Below, one piece after another: positions 40,554 to 50,115 of a stretch of DNA of 64,000 nt; the stretch's first letter is position 1, and each line of letters starts with the position of its first letter. The notes below the pieces were generated by a model that ran no database searches, was not told the DNA's origin, and saw nothing but the letters and a program-made list of their open reading frames with translations. Source of the DNA: an uncultured Gemmatimonadales bacterium (GTDB lineage Bacteria > Gemmatimonadota > Gemmatimonadetes > Gemmatimonadales > GWC2-71-9); the NCBI GenBank assembly GCA_963844035.1, contig CAWJMT010000012.1, positions 32,001 to 96,000 of the forward strand, read 5' to 3'. Both the position numbers and the translations under genes were made by a program.

Positions 40554-41767
40554 ATCGGCTGTCTTACGACGATGCCTGCCGTTTCCTCTTCGCACGACAA
40601 GGAAGCCGAATAAAGTGGAGCCTGGGTCCGACCCAGGGTCTACTCGATCTGCTGGGCCATCCCGAGCGGCACTTTCCGGCGGTACACATCGGTGGGACGA
40701 ACGGCAAAGGCTCGACGGTCGCGTTCACCGCGGCGGAGCTAGCCGCGCGGGGCCTCCGGGTAGGCGTGTACACCTCACCACACCTCGTCTCATTGCGCGA
40801 GCGGGTTGTCGTCGACGGCGTCCCGATTGGCGAGGAGGCGTTCGCGGAATGGACCACGTTCCTCAAGCCCCACATTGAGCGTCTCGACGCGAGTTTTTTC
40901 GAAGCGACCACGGTGATCGCCTTCGCCGACCTGGCGGCCCGGGGGGTGGACATCGCCGTTGTCGAAGTGGGGCTCGGCGGCCGGCTCGACAGCACCAACG
41001 TGCTGACCCCACTGGTCAGCGTGGTGACCAAGATCGCCATTGAGCATACCGACTACCTGGGGACGGATCTCGCAGGGATCGCGCGGGAGAAGGCTGGCAT
41101 TGCGAAGCCCGGGGTGCCGTTCGTCACGGGGGAACGCGACCCGGCGGTCCAGCGCGTGCTGCGGGAGGAGGCGGAGCGGCTGGGAGCGAGCCGCGTGTCG
41201 CTCGTGGATACCAAGGGCGCGCCGACGCGCCCCCTGGGTCTCAAAGGGGCGCACCAACACGCCAACGCCTGGGTGGCGCTCGCGGGGCTCAATCAGCTCC
41301 CGGCGCCGTTTGGTCCGGTGGGCGAATGCTGGCCGGAGAGCTTCGAGCACGCGTTCGTACCCGGGCGGTTCGATGTGCGGGGCCGGTGGATCTTCGATGT
41401 GGCGCACAACCCCGACGGGATGGATGTGCTCGTCGCGACGCTGCGGTCGCACCCACCGCGGCGTCCGCTGCATGCGCTGGTGGGGATCCGCAACGACAAG
41501 GAATGGCGCGCGATGCTCGCTGCGCTTGCCCCGGCCGTCGATCGGATGATGCTCACGGTGGCGCCGTCGGTCGCCCCGGATCGGCGCTGGCTCCCCGAGG
41601 AGGTCGCGCAGTGGTCGCACGAGCGCCCCGACGTCTCATGGGAGCCCGACTTCGCGCGCGCCCTGGACGCCGTGCAGCAGGGCGCCGAGACGATGCTGGT
41701 GACGGGCTCGTTCCACACCGTCGGCGATGCACTGGCACGCCTCCCGGGGTTTGCGCCCGTCGACTGA
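40550..41767 (+). CDS. folC: Folylpolyglutamate synthase/dihydrofolate synthase
   Basis: HIGGTNGKGST, YTSPHL, EVGLGGRLDSTN, DVAHNP, GSFHTVG. The frame is open from the CTG at 40550. Confidence 0.93.
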   Translation: MNRLSYDDACRFLFARQGSRIKWSLGPTQGLLDLLGHPERHFPAVHIGGTNGKGSTVAFTAAELAARGLRVGVYTSPHLVSLRERVVVDGVPIGEEAFAEWTTFLKPHIERLDASFFEATTVIAFADLAARGVDIAVVEVGLGGRLDSTNVLTPLVSVVTKIAIEHTDYLGTDLAGIAREKAGIAKPGVPFVTGERDPAVQRVLREEAERLGASRVSLVDTKGAPTRPLGLKGAHQHANAWVALAGLNQLPAPFGPVGECWPESFEHAFVPGRFDVRGRWIFDVAHNPDGMDVLVATLRSHPPRRPLHALVGIRNDKEWRAMLAALAPAVDRMMLTVAPSVAPDRRWLPEEVAQWSHERPDVSWEPDFARALDAVQQGAETMLVTGSFHTVGDALARLPGFAPVD

Positions 41768-41806
41768 GGCCATTGCTCGGCTTCACACTGCCGCTAAATT
41801 GTTGCG

Positions 41807-43093
41807 ATGCAAGGACAAGCCTTACCCGGCTTTCGCGACTTCTACCCCGACGAGCTTGCCCTCCGCACTCACATCTTTACCACGTGGCGTCGCGTCGCCG
41901 CTCGGTACGGTTTTGAGGAATACGATGGGCCGCCGCTCGAGCCGCTCGACCTCTACACCCAGAAAAGTGGTGAGGAAATCGTCGGCCAGCTGTACGAGTT
42001 CACCGACAAGGGGGACCGGCACGTCGCGCTGCGCCCGGAGATGACCCCCACGCTCGCCCGGATGGTTGGGGCGAGGGCGCAAGCGCTGAAAAAGCCGATC
42101 CGCTGGTTCTCGATCCCGCAGCTGTTCCGCTATGAGCGGCAGCAGCGCGGCCGGCTGCGCGAGCACTTCCAGCTCAACATGGACCTGATCGGCGAGGCGG
42201 GGCCGCTCGCGGACGCCGAGCTGATGGCCGCCGCCGTGGACATCATGCGGGCGTTCGGCCTTGGCCCGGGAGACGTGAAGCTCCGCATCTCCGACCGCCG
42301 CGTGTTGCGGGCCCTGCTGCTCGGCCGCGGGATTCCTGAGGCCCAACTGCCGGCCGCGTTCGCCGTCATCGACAAGAGCGAGCGTGTCCCGAAGGAAGCC
42401 CTGCCGGAGGTCTTCGCGAAGGCCGGAATCGCACCGGCAGAGATGGCGATTGTGGTCGAGGTCGCGAATCTGCGCAGCATCGAACAGGTGACCGCGGCCC
42501 TGGCCAAGGTCAAGGACGGCGAGGCGGCGGGCGAGCCGCTGCGCGAGGCAATCGCGGCGCTCGATGCGATGGGTCTAGGGGAGTTCGTCCAGGTCGACCT
42601 GACCATCGTCCGCGGGCTCGCGTACTACACCGGGATCGTGTTCGAGCTGTTCGACGCCGGCAAATCGCTGCGGGCGATCTGCGGGGGCGGGCGGTTCGAC
42701 GGGTTGCTGAAAGCCCTGGGTGGGGTCGATCTTCCGGCCCTCGGCTTCGGGATGGGCGACGTGGTGTTGGGCGAGCTGCTGCGGGAGCGCAAGGTCGTGG
42801 TGGAGGCGCCCAGCCGGCTCGACGCATTCCTCGTCGCGGTGGGCAGCGAGGACATCCCGGCCGTCCTGAAGCTCGCGCACGAGCTGCGCGACCGCGGGGT
42901 GGGGGTCGAGTACGGGCTGCGCCACGCCGCGCTCCGCAAGCAGATGGAGCTCGCGTCCGCGCGCAGCGCGCCCCGGGCCATCATCATCGGTCCCGACGAG
43001 AGGAAAGCGGGGGAAGTGGTGGTACGAGATCTCAAAGGGGGCGCAGAGGAGCGCGTGCCCATGGCAAACTTGTTGACCGGATATTTCCGCTAA
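41807..43093 (+). CDS. hisS: Histidine--tRNA ligase
   Basis: LRPEMTP, FRYERQQRGRLREHFQ, RGLAYYTG, GGGRFD. Confidence 0.97.
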   Translation: MQGQALPGFRDFYPDELALRTHIFTTWRRVAARYGFEEYDGPPLEPLDLYTQKSGEEIVGQLYEFTDKGDRHVALRPEMTPTLARMVGARAQALKKPIRWFSIPQLFRYERQQRGRLREHFQLNMDLIGEAGPLADAELMAAAVDIMRAFGLGPGDVKLRISDRRVLRALLLGRGIPEAQLPAAFAVIDKSERVPKEALPEVFAKAGIAPAEMAIVVEVANLRSIEQVTAALAKVKDGEAAGEPLREAIAALDAMGLGEFVQVDLTIVRGLAYYTGIVFELFDAGKSLRAICGGGRFDGLLKALGGVDLPALGFGMGDVVLGELLRERKVVVEAPSRLDAFLVAVGSEDIPAVLKLAHELRDRGVGVEYGLRHAALRKQMELASARSAPRAIIIGPDERKAGEVVVRDLKGGAEERVPMANLLTGYFR

Positions 43094-44586
43094 TGGCTCA
43101 GGCCCAGCGCATCACGCCGCGCACGCAGGACTTCAGCGAGTGGTACAACGATGTCATCGTGCAAGCCGAGCTGGCGGACTACTCGCCGGTGCGGGGCTGC
43201 ATGGTGATCCGGCCCCACGGCTACCTGCTGTGGGAGCTGATGCAGCGCGCCCTGGACGACATGTTCAAGGCGACCGGGCACAAGAACGCCTACTTCCCGC
43301 TGTTCATCCCGATGAGCTTCCTCGCGAAGGAGGCGGAGCACGTCGAAGGATTCGCCAAGGAAGTGGCGCTCGTAACCCACACGCGCCTCAAGGCCACGGG
43401 CAAGACGGGCGCCCAGGCGATCGAAGTGGACCCCGAGTCCAAGCTCGAGGAGCCCCTCGTCGTGCGGCCGACGTCGGAGACGATCATCTACGCGATGTTC
43501 TCGAAGTGGATCCAGAGCTACCGCGATCTGCCGCTGCTGCTGAACCAGTGGTGCAACGTGGTGCGCTGGGAGCTGCGGACCCGGTTGTTCCTGCGGACCA
43601 CCGAGTTTCTCTGGCAGGAAGGGCACACCGCGCACGCGACCGAGGCCGAGGCCGAGACCGAGGCGCGCCAGATGCTCGGCATCTACCGCAAGTTCCAGGA
43701 AGAGTGGATGGCGATGCCCGTGCTCACCGGCCGCAAGACCGAAAGCGAGAAGTTCGCCGGCGCGCTGCGCACCTTTGCGGTCGAAGCGCTGATGCAGGAC
43801 AACAAGGCGCTGCAGGCCGGCACGTCGCACAACTTGGGTCAGAATTTCGCCAAGGCGTTCAACGTGCAGTACCAGACGGCGGCCGGCGGCCTGGAGTACG
43901 TGTGGAACACCTCGTGGGGCGTCTCGACGCGCATGATCGGCGGCCTGATCATGACCCACAGCGACGACAACGGGCTCATCTGTCCCCCGCGGCTCGCGCC
44001 GATCCAGGTGGTGATCGTGCCGATCTGGAAGTCGGATGAAGAAAGGTCTCAGGTGTCAGGTGTCGGGTCTCAGGTAAAAGCTGAACTGGAGAAAGCGGGG
44101 ATCCGAGTCGAGTTGGATTTGCGGGACAGCGTGAAGCCCGGGGCGAAGTACTTCGAGTGGGAAGCGAAGGGGGTGCCGCTCCGCCTCGAGGTCGGCCCGC
44201 GCGACGTAGCGGCGAAACAGGTCATGGGCGCGCGCCGCATCGGGGGCAAGAATCCCGTCATGCTCGAGGACATCGCGCCCCGGGTCGCCGCGGCGCTCGC
44301 CGAGATTCAGGCATCGCTCTTCAAGTCGGCCAAGGATCGGCGAGAGGCGAACTCGATCCGCGGCGTGACCAAGGCGCAGTTGATGGACCTCATGAAGGGG
44401 AAGGGCGGGTTCGCCTACGGCGGGTTCTGCGGCTCCGGCAAATGCGAGGCCGAGATCAAGCAGGCCACCGCGGCGACCATCCGGGTGCTGCCCGATCCCG
44501 AGTTCCAGTCGCCCCAGGCCCCGACGACGTGCATGTGGTGCGGCGCCCCGAGCATCGCGGAGGCGGTGTGGGCGCAGGCGTACTAG
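43093..44586 (+). CDS. proS: Proline--tRNA ligase (archaeal/eukaryotic type)
   Basis: RPTSET, FLRTTEFLWQEGHT, QAGTSHNLGQNF, SWGVSTR. Confidence 0.97.
   Translation: MAQAQRITPRTQDFSEWYNDVIVQAELADYSPVRGCMVIRPHGYLLWELMQRALDDMFKATGHKNAYFPLFIPMSFLAKEAEHVEGFAKEVALVTHTRLKATGKTGAQAIEVDPESKLEEPLVVRPTSETIIYAMFSKWIQSYRDLPLLLNQWCNVVRWELRTRLFLRTTEFLWQEGHTAHATEAEAETEARQMLGIYRKFQEEWMAMPVLTGRKTESEKFAGALRTFAVEALMQDNKALQAGTSHNLGQNFAKAFNVQYQTAAGGLEYVWNTSWGVSTRMIGGLIMTHSDDNGLICPPRLAPIQVVIVPIWKSDEERSQVSGVGSQVKAELEKAGIRVELDLRDSVKPGAKYFEWEAKGVPLRLEVGPRDVAAKQVMGARRIGGKNPVMLEDIAPRVAAALAEIQASLFKSAKDRREANSIRGVTKAQLMDLMKGKGGFAYGGFCGSGKCEAEIKQATAATIRVLPDPEFQSPQAPTTCMWCGAPSIAEAVWAQAY
44043..44077 (+). repeat. 5 x 7-bp CAGGTGT-type array inside proS
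   Basis: AAGGTCT CAGGTGT CAGGTGT CGGGTCT CAGGTAA. Confidence 0.8.
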
Positions 44587-44589
44587 GGT

Positions 44590-45825
44590 TTGACCCCGGC
44601 GCTGCTCCGCGCCATCGCGGAGCGGGTGGGCACGCCCGCGTACGTCTACAGCGTCAACCTCATCCAGGCCCAGTACCACGCGCTGCACGACGCGCTGCAG
44701 GGCGTCCCCCACCGGATCTGCTACTCCGTGAAAGCCAACGGCAACCTCGGCGTGCTGCGGGTCCTGAAGCAGCTCGGCGCGGGCGCCGACATCGTGTCGG
44801 CCGGCGAGTTGAAGCGCGCTCTCGCCGCGGGGTTCGATCCCGGGTCGCTGGTATTCTCGGGGGTCGGCAAGACCGCGGCGGAGTTGGCGGAGGCGATCCG
44901 GGTCGGCGTGGGCTATCTCAACATCGAATCGGCGCGAAGAGCTGGACGCGCTGCTCGCGGCCGCGGCAGCACGTCGGCAAGCCCGCGTCGGTCGGGATCC
45001 GGGTGAACCCCGACGTCTCGGCGGACACGCACCCCTACACCAAGACCGGCGAGAAGACCGCCAAGTTCGGGGTCCCGTTCGACGAGGTGGTCCCGCTCGC
45101 CCGCCGCATCGCGGGCGAACGCATGCTGGTGCTGCGCGGCCTGGCGATGCACATCGGATCGCAGATCACCGATGTCGAGCCATACTCGCGCGGCACCGCC
45201 AAGCTGCTCGAGCTGGTGGCGGCCCTGCGCGCCTCCGGCATCGACACCCTCGACGCACTCGACGTGGGCGGCGGGCTCGGCATCCGCTACCACAATGAGA
45301 AGGCACCCACCCCGAAAGCGTTCGCGGACGCGGTGGCGCCCAAAGTGAAAGCCGCGGGACTCGGCTTGTTGTGCGAGCCGGGGCGCTACCTGGTGGCGAA
45401 CGCCGGCGTGCTGTTGACCAAGGTCCTGTACCGCAAGCATGCCGGTGGCAAGGAATTCGTCGTGGTGGACGCGGGGATGAACGACTTCGTGCGGCCCAGT
45501 CACTACAACGCCTACCACGAGATCGTCCCGCTCGCCGACCGCGGAGCGCCCGCGGAGGCGGTGAACATCGTCGGCCCGATCTGCGAGTCGGGTGACTTCC
45601 TCGCGCTCGATCGCACGCTGCCGGGGGTGACGGCCGGGGGAGTACCTCGCGGTGCTCGGCGCCGGCGCGTATGGCTTTGCGATGAGCTCCAACTACAACG
45701 CACGGCCGCGGCCGCCCGAAATCCTGGTCGAAGGGGACCGCTACTACATCGCGCGTCCGCGCGAGACGCTCGACGACCTGATCCGGGGCGAGGTGCTCGA
45801 CCCCACGACATGGTACCAGACGTGA
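44590..45825 (+). CDS. lysA: Diaminopimelate decarboxylase (frameshifts near 44935 and 45635)
   Basis: [41 protein letters not shown]. Confidence 0.94.
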
Positions 45826-47377
45826 ACGGGATCCTGATCCTCGACTACGGGTCGCAGTACACCCAGCTGATCGCGCGGCGGGTGCGCGAGGCGCATGTGT
45901 ACTGCGAGATTCACCCGCCGCACCCGCGACCTGGCGTTCATCAAGCAGTTCGCCCCCAAGGGGATCATCTTCTCCGGCGGGCCGAACTCGGTGTTCGATC
46001 CGCGGCGCGCCCACCGCCGACCCGCGGATTCTCGACCTCGGCGTCCCCGTGCTCGGGATTTGCTACGGCATGCAGCTGCTGGCGCACGCTCGCCGGCGGC
46101 AAGGTGCAGCCGTCATCGGAGCGGGAGTACGGCCGGGCAGAGGTCGAAGTGCGGGAGACGAGCGGGTTATTCGCGGGGTTCGAGCCGCAGGCGTCTATCA
46201 CGGTGTGGGCGAGCCACGGCGACCGGATCGAGGAGCCCCCGCCCGGGTTCCGCGTGACGGCCGTGAGCGCCAACGCGCCGGTCGCCGGGTTCGTACATCA
46301 GACCAAACCGATCTTCGGCATCCTGTTCCACCCCGAGGTGGCCCACACGCCGCGCGGCGGCGAGATCCTGCACAATTTCCTGTTCGGGATCTGCGGGTGC
46401 TCACCCGACTGGACCCCCGGGCACTTCGTCGCCCAGCAGGTGGCAGAAGATCGCGAGCGCTGGCGGGACCCAAGGCCCGGGCGATCTGCGGCCTGTCGGG
46501 AGGCGTGGACTCCGCGGTGGCGGCGGCGTTGGTGCAGCGCGCCATCGGCGACCGCCTCACCTGCATCTTCGTGGACCACGGCCTGCTGCGGCTGAACGAG
46601 CGCGAGCAGGTGGAGCGCACCTTCCGCGCGCACCTGGGCCTGGACCTGCGGACCGTGGACGCGAGCGCGCCGCTTCCTCGAGGTGCTGGCCGGCGTTGAG
46701 GACCCGGAGGAGAAGCGCCGCCGCATCGGGCACACATTCATCGACGTGTTCGAGGACGCGGCGCGGCACGTCGCGGGCGACGTCGGATTCCTGGTGCAGG
46801 GCACGCTGTACCCGGACGTGATCGAGTCCAGCTCCCCGACGCGGTGGACCGTCGGTGACCATCAAGACGCACCACAACGTCGGCGGCCTGCGCCCCGATC
46901 TGCCCTGGACGCTCATCGAGCCGCTGCGCGAGCTGTTCAAGGACGAAGTGCGGGAGGTGGGGCGCGAGCTGGGACTGCCGGATGAAATCGTGGGACGACA
47001 TCCATTCCCGGGTCCGGGCCTGGCGATCCGCGTGCTCGGCGCCGTCACCGAGGAGCGCCTCGATCTCCTGCGCCGCGTCGACGCGATCTACATCGCCGAG
47101 ATCCGCGAAGCCGGGCTGTACGACCAGATCTGGCAGGCGTTCGCGGTCCTGCTGCCGATCAAGTCCGTCGGCGTGATGGGAGACCACCGCACGTATGACC
47201 ACGTGGTGGCGCTGCGTGCCGTGACGAGCCGGGACGGGATGACGGCGGACTGGTTTGCGTTTCGCGCCGGAGGTGTTGGGGAAGATCAGCAGGCGGATCA
47301 TCAATGAGGTGAGGGGCGTGAATCGGGTGGTGTATGACGTCAGCAGCAAGCCGCCGGCGACGATTGAATGGGAATGA
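45822..47377 (+). CDS. guaA: GMP synthase, glutamine-hydrolyzing (multiple frameshifts)
   Basis: [51 protein letters not shown]. Confidence 0.95.
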
Positions 47378-47382
47378 CCAGG

Positions 47383-47434
47383 GACGCTAAGACGATAAGA
47401 CGCTAAGACGATAAGAGGCTACGAGGCTAAGAGG
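47383..47434. repeat. 8-bp tandem array (GACGMTAA), left arm flanking the four helix bundle gene
   Basis: GACGCTAA GACGATAA GACGCTAA GACGATAA GAGGCTAC GAGGCTAA. Confidence 0.9.
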
Positions 47435-47792
47435 TGCGTGCCGCAGCAATCTTGCGGAGTAGCCCGTACACCACCTTCCCACATTCGTCGCGTGTTGCTT
47501 TGATCGGTGCCAACTGTACCTCCTCCAAGTATCCGAGCGCCTCCACCATCGCAAGAATCGCCTCGATTTCGTGCAGCGAGCTTCGCGCCATGTCGAGATA
47601 GCGACGAAACTCCTTCGGGCCGCGACGGCTCGCCCCCTCCGTGATGTTGAGCACAACGCTGTACGCGGCCCGCCGCCACTGATCCCCGAGCGCGAACCGC
47701 TCGGTCGCGGGCAGCATGTTGGCGGCTTTGCTGGATAGTACTGCGAGATCGACTGCCCGTTGCCAGGCTCGGAGCTTCCGAAAATCTCCCAC
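47427..47792 (-). CDS. Four helix bundle protein (23S rRNA intervening-sequence protein family)
   Basis: FRKLRAWQRA...ERFALGDQWRRAAYSVVLNITEGASR...EFRRYLDMARSSLHE family signature, 121 aa. Confidence 0.9.
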   Translation of the reverse strand: MGDFRKLRAWQRAVDLAVLSSKAANMLPATERFALGDQWRRAAYSVVLNITEGASRRGPKEFRRYLDMARSSLHEIEAILAMVEALGYLEEVQLAPIKATRDECGKVVYGLLRKIAAARTS

Positions 47793-47866
47793 GGGCGGGA
47801 ATCTTGCACCGCGCCACCTTCAGCCGAACATCATTTCGCCGCACGGAGGCTCATTCCCACGCACTC

Positions 47867-47906
47867 TTAGCGTCTTGCAACTTGCGTCTTACCGTCTTAG
47901 CGTCTT
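47867..47906. repeat. 8-bp tandem array (TTAGCGTC), right arm, inverted relative to 47383-47434
   Basis: TTAGCGTC TTGCAAC TTGCGTC TTACCGTC TTAGCGTC. Confidence 0.85.
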
Positions 47907-47908
47907 TG

Positions 47909-48361
47909 TCAGATGCTCTTCTCCTCCAGCAGCTTCAGGAATTCCTGCGGCGTCTTCAATCGCGCCAACCGCTCCGCAATATCCGCTTCCTTCGCGAACT
48001 GGGCGATCTTGCCGAGCACGGGGAGATACTGGTTCGAGACCTCGAGCGGTGGGGCGACGATGAGAAAGAAGTAGTGAACCGGCTTGCCGTCGATGGAACC
48101 GAAGTCGATCCCCGAGAGCTTGCGGGCGAAGGCGACCCGCAAGTGGTCGACCACCAGCGAGCGGCAGTGGGGGATGGCGATGTTCTGGCCGATGCCGGTG
48201 GACCCAAGCGTCTCGCGGCGCTTCAGCATCTTGACGAGCATCGCGTCGGACTTTTCGTCCAGGTTGAGCAGGCCGACGAGCTCCTTTAAGACGTCGTCCT
48301 TGGCGGTGCTCTGGAGGTCGAGGTTGATAGCGTCTTCGGCGACGAACTCGCGTAGCTGCAC
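47909..48361 (-). CDS. PTS IIA (Fru/Ntr family) protein
   Basis: RETLGSTGIGQNIAIPHCR, IDFGSIDGKPV. Confidence 0.92.
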   Translation of the reverse strand: MQLREFVAEDAINLDLQSTAKDDVLKELVGLLNLDEKSDAMLVKMLKRRETLGSTGIGQNIAIPHCRSLVVDHLRVAFARKLSGIDFGSIDGKPVHYFFLIVAPPLEVSNQYLPVLGKIAQFAKEADIAERLARLKTPQEFLKLLEEKSI

Positions 48362-48441
48362 GGCAGGGGTTCTCCTTAGGTTGACGGGCGCAACGTAATG
48401 AATGGTTGCCCATGACGCAACGCGCCATTACGTTGTCCCGC

Positions 48442-49432
48442 ATGCGGTTCCCGTATCCCGTCGCACACGATGTGCCGCTCTTTTTGGCGCCCATGGCCGG
48501 CGTATCCGAGTCGCCGTTCCGGCTGCTGTGCCGGCGGTTCGGGGCGGACGTGGTCGTGTCGGAATTCATCTCCTCGGTGGGCGTGGCCCGGGGGATCGAT
48601 CGGGTGATCGATGACGCCCGGTTCGACCCCGCCGAGCGCCCGTACGGCGTGCAGCTCTACGGGGCCGAGGAGGACGTCATGGCGCGTGCCGCGGCGATGG
48701 TGACTGAGCGCGTGCAGCCGGACTTCCTGGACATCAATTTCGGCTGCCCGGTGAAGAAGGTCGTCCGCAACAACGGGGGCTCGGGCTGCCTCAAGGACTT
48801 GGAACTGGTGCAGCGCATCATCCGGGCGGTCCGCGCCGCGACCCACCTTCCGGTGACGGTAAAAATCCGCAGCGGGTGGGACGAGCTCAAGCGGGACCCG
48901 CTCACCATCGCGCTGCGCTGCCAGGACGCGGGCGCCCAGGGCCTGACCCTGCACGCGCGCACCCGGACCCAGATGTTCTCAGGGAGAGCGAACTGGGACG
49001 AGATCGCTCTGCTGGTCGAGCGGCTGGAGATCCCGGTGATCGGGAACGGGGACATCGAAACCCCCGAGGACGTGGTGGCCATGCACACGCCATACCCGGT
49101 GTGCCGGGGTCATGATCGCCCGCGGCTCGTTTGGCAATCCGTGGATTTTCGCGCAGGGCCGCGACCTGCTCGCGGGGAGGGCCAAGCGTCCCGATCCCAC
49201 CCCCGCGGAGCGGTTTGCCACGGCGCTCGAGCACGCGCGGCTGGCGGTGCGCACGCAGGGAGACACGCGCAAGACAGCGCTCGAGTTCCGGAAACACTTC
49301 GGCTGGTACACGAAGGGCGTGCCGGGCGCGTCGGGCCTGCGCGAGCAGCTGTTCCGCATCGAATCGATGGCCGAAGCGGAGATGATTTTCGCCGCCTCCC
49401 TCGAGGTCCGGGAGGTCGAGGCGGCGGCGTGA
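48442..49432 (+). CDS. dusB: tRNA-dihydrouridine synthase (frameshift near 49090)
   Basis: LAPMAG, DINFGCPVKKV, TVKIRSG, HARTR, GNGDI, MIARGSFGNPW. Confidence 0.92.
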
Positions 49433-50115
49433 GGCTCGACGACCTGGCGCGGCTGATCGAGCAGCTGCCCTTTGCTTCCATCGATCACCTCCGGCCCGCG
49501 ACGCAGGGGCATCAGGAGGTGATTTTTTGTCCCGGTAAGACGCCGGGGCAGGTGGCGGCGATCGCCGAGCGGTTGGAGGTCGCGGGCGGACAGTTCCTGG
49601 CCACGCGCGCCGACGCCGGCCAGATCGCCGCGTTGGCCGAGCGGTTTCCGCGCGCCGAGATCAATGAGCTGGGCCGCACCGTGTACCTGCCTCCGGACCC
49701 CGATCCCGCGCCCACTGGACGAGGTACGGTGTTGATCGTCACGGCGGGGACGAGCGATCTCCCGGTCGCTGAGGAGGCGGCCGTCACCGCACGCGCGTTT
49801 CGCAACCGGGTGGAGCGTCTCACCGACGTCGGCGTGGCGGGGATTCACCGCATCCTCACCCAGACCGACGTGCTGCGCAGCGCCGCCGTGATCATCGTGG
49901 TGGCGGGAATGGAGGGAGCGCTGCCGAGTGTGGTCGGCGGACTCGTGAAGGTGCCGGTGATCGCCGTGCCGACCAGCGTCGGCTACGGCGCGTCGTTTGG
50001 CGGCATCGCCGCGCTGCTCGGCATGCTGAACTCCTGCGTTGCCGGGATCACGGTCGTGAACATCGACAACGGGTTCGGCGCCGCCGCCGCGGCCAGTCGC
50101 ATCAACCACACATGA
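49429..50115 (+). CDS. larB: LarB-like (PurE-related) nickel-pincer cofactor biosynthesis protein
   Basis: TAGTSDLPVAEEA, DVGVAGIHR, AGMEGALPSVVGG, PTSVGYGA, VNIDNGFGA. Confidence 0.88.
   Translation: MRLDDLARLIEQLPFASIDHLRPATQGHQEVIFCPGKTPGQVAAIAERLEVAGGQFLATRADAGQIAALAERFPRAEINELGRTVYLPPDPDPAPTGRGTVLIVTAGTSDLPVAEEAAVTARAFRNRVERLTDVGVAGIHRILTQTDVLRSAAVIIVVAGMEGALPSVVGGLVKVPVIAVPTSVGYGASFGGIAALLGMLNSCVAGITVVNIDNGFGAAAAASRINHT

Noticed and set aside
47427..47792. Diversity-generating retroelement
   Set aside because: No reverse transcriptase and no TR/VR pair with adenine-specific mismatches seen in the window.
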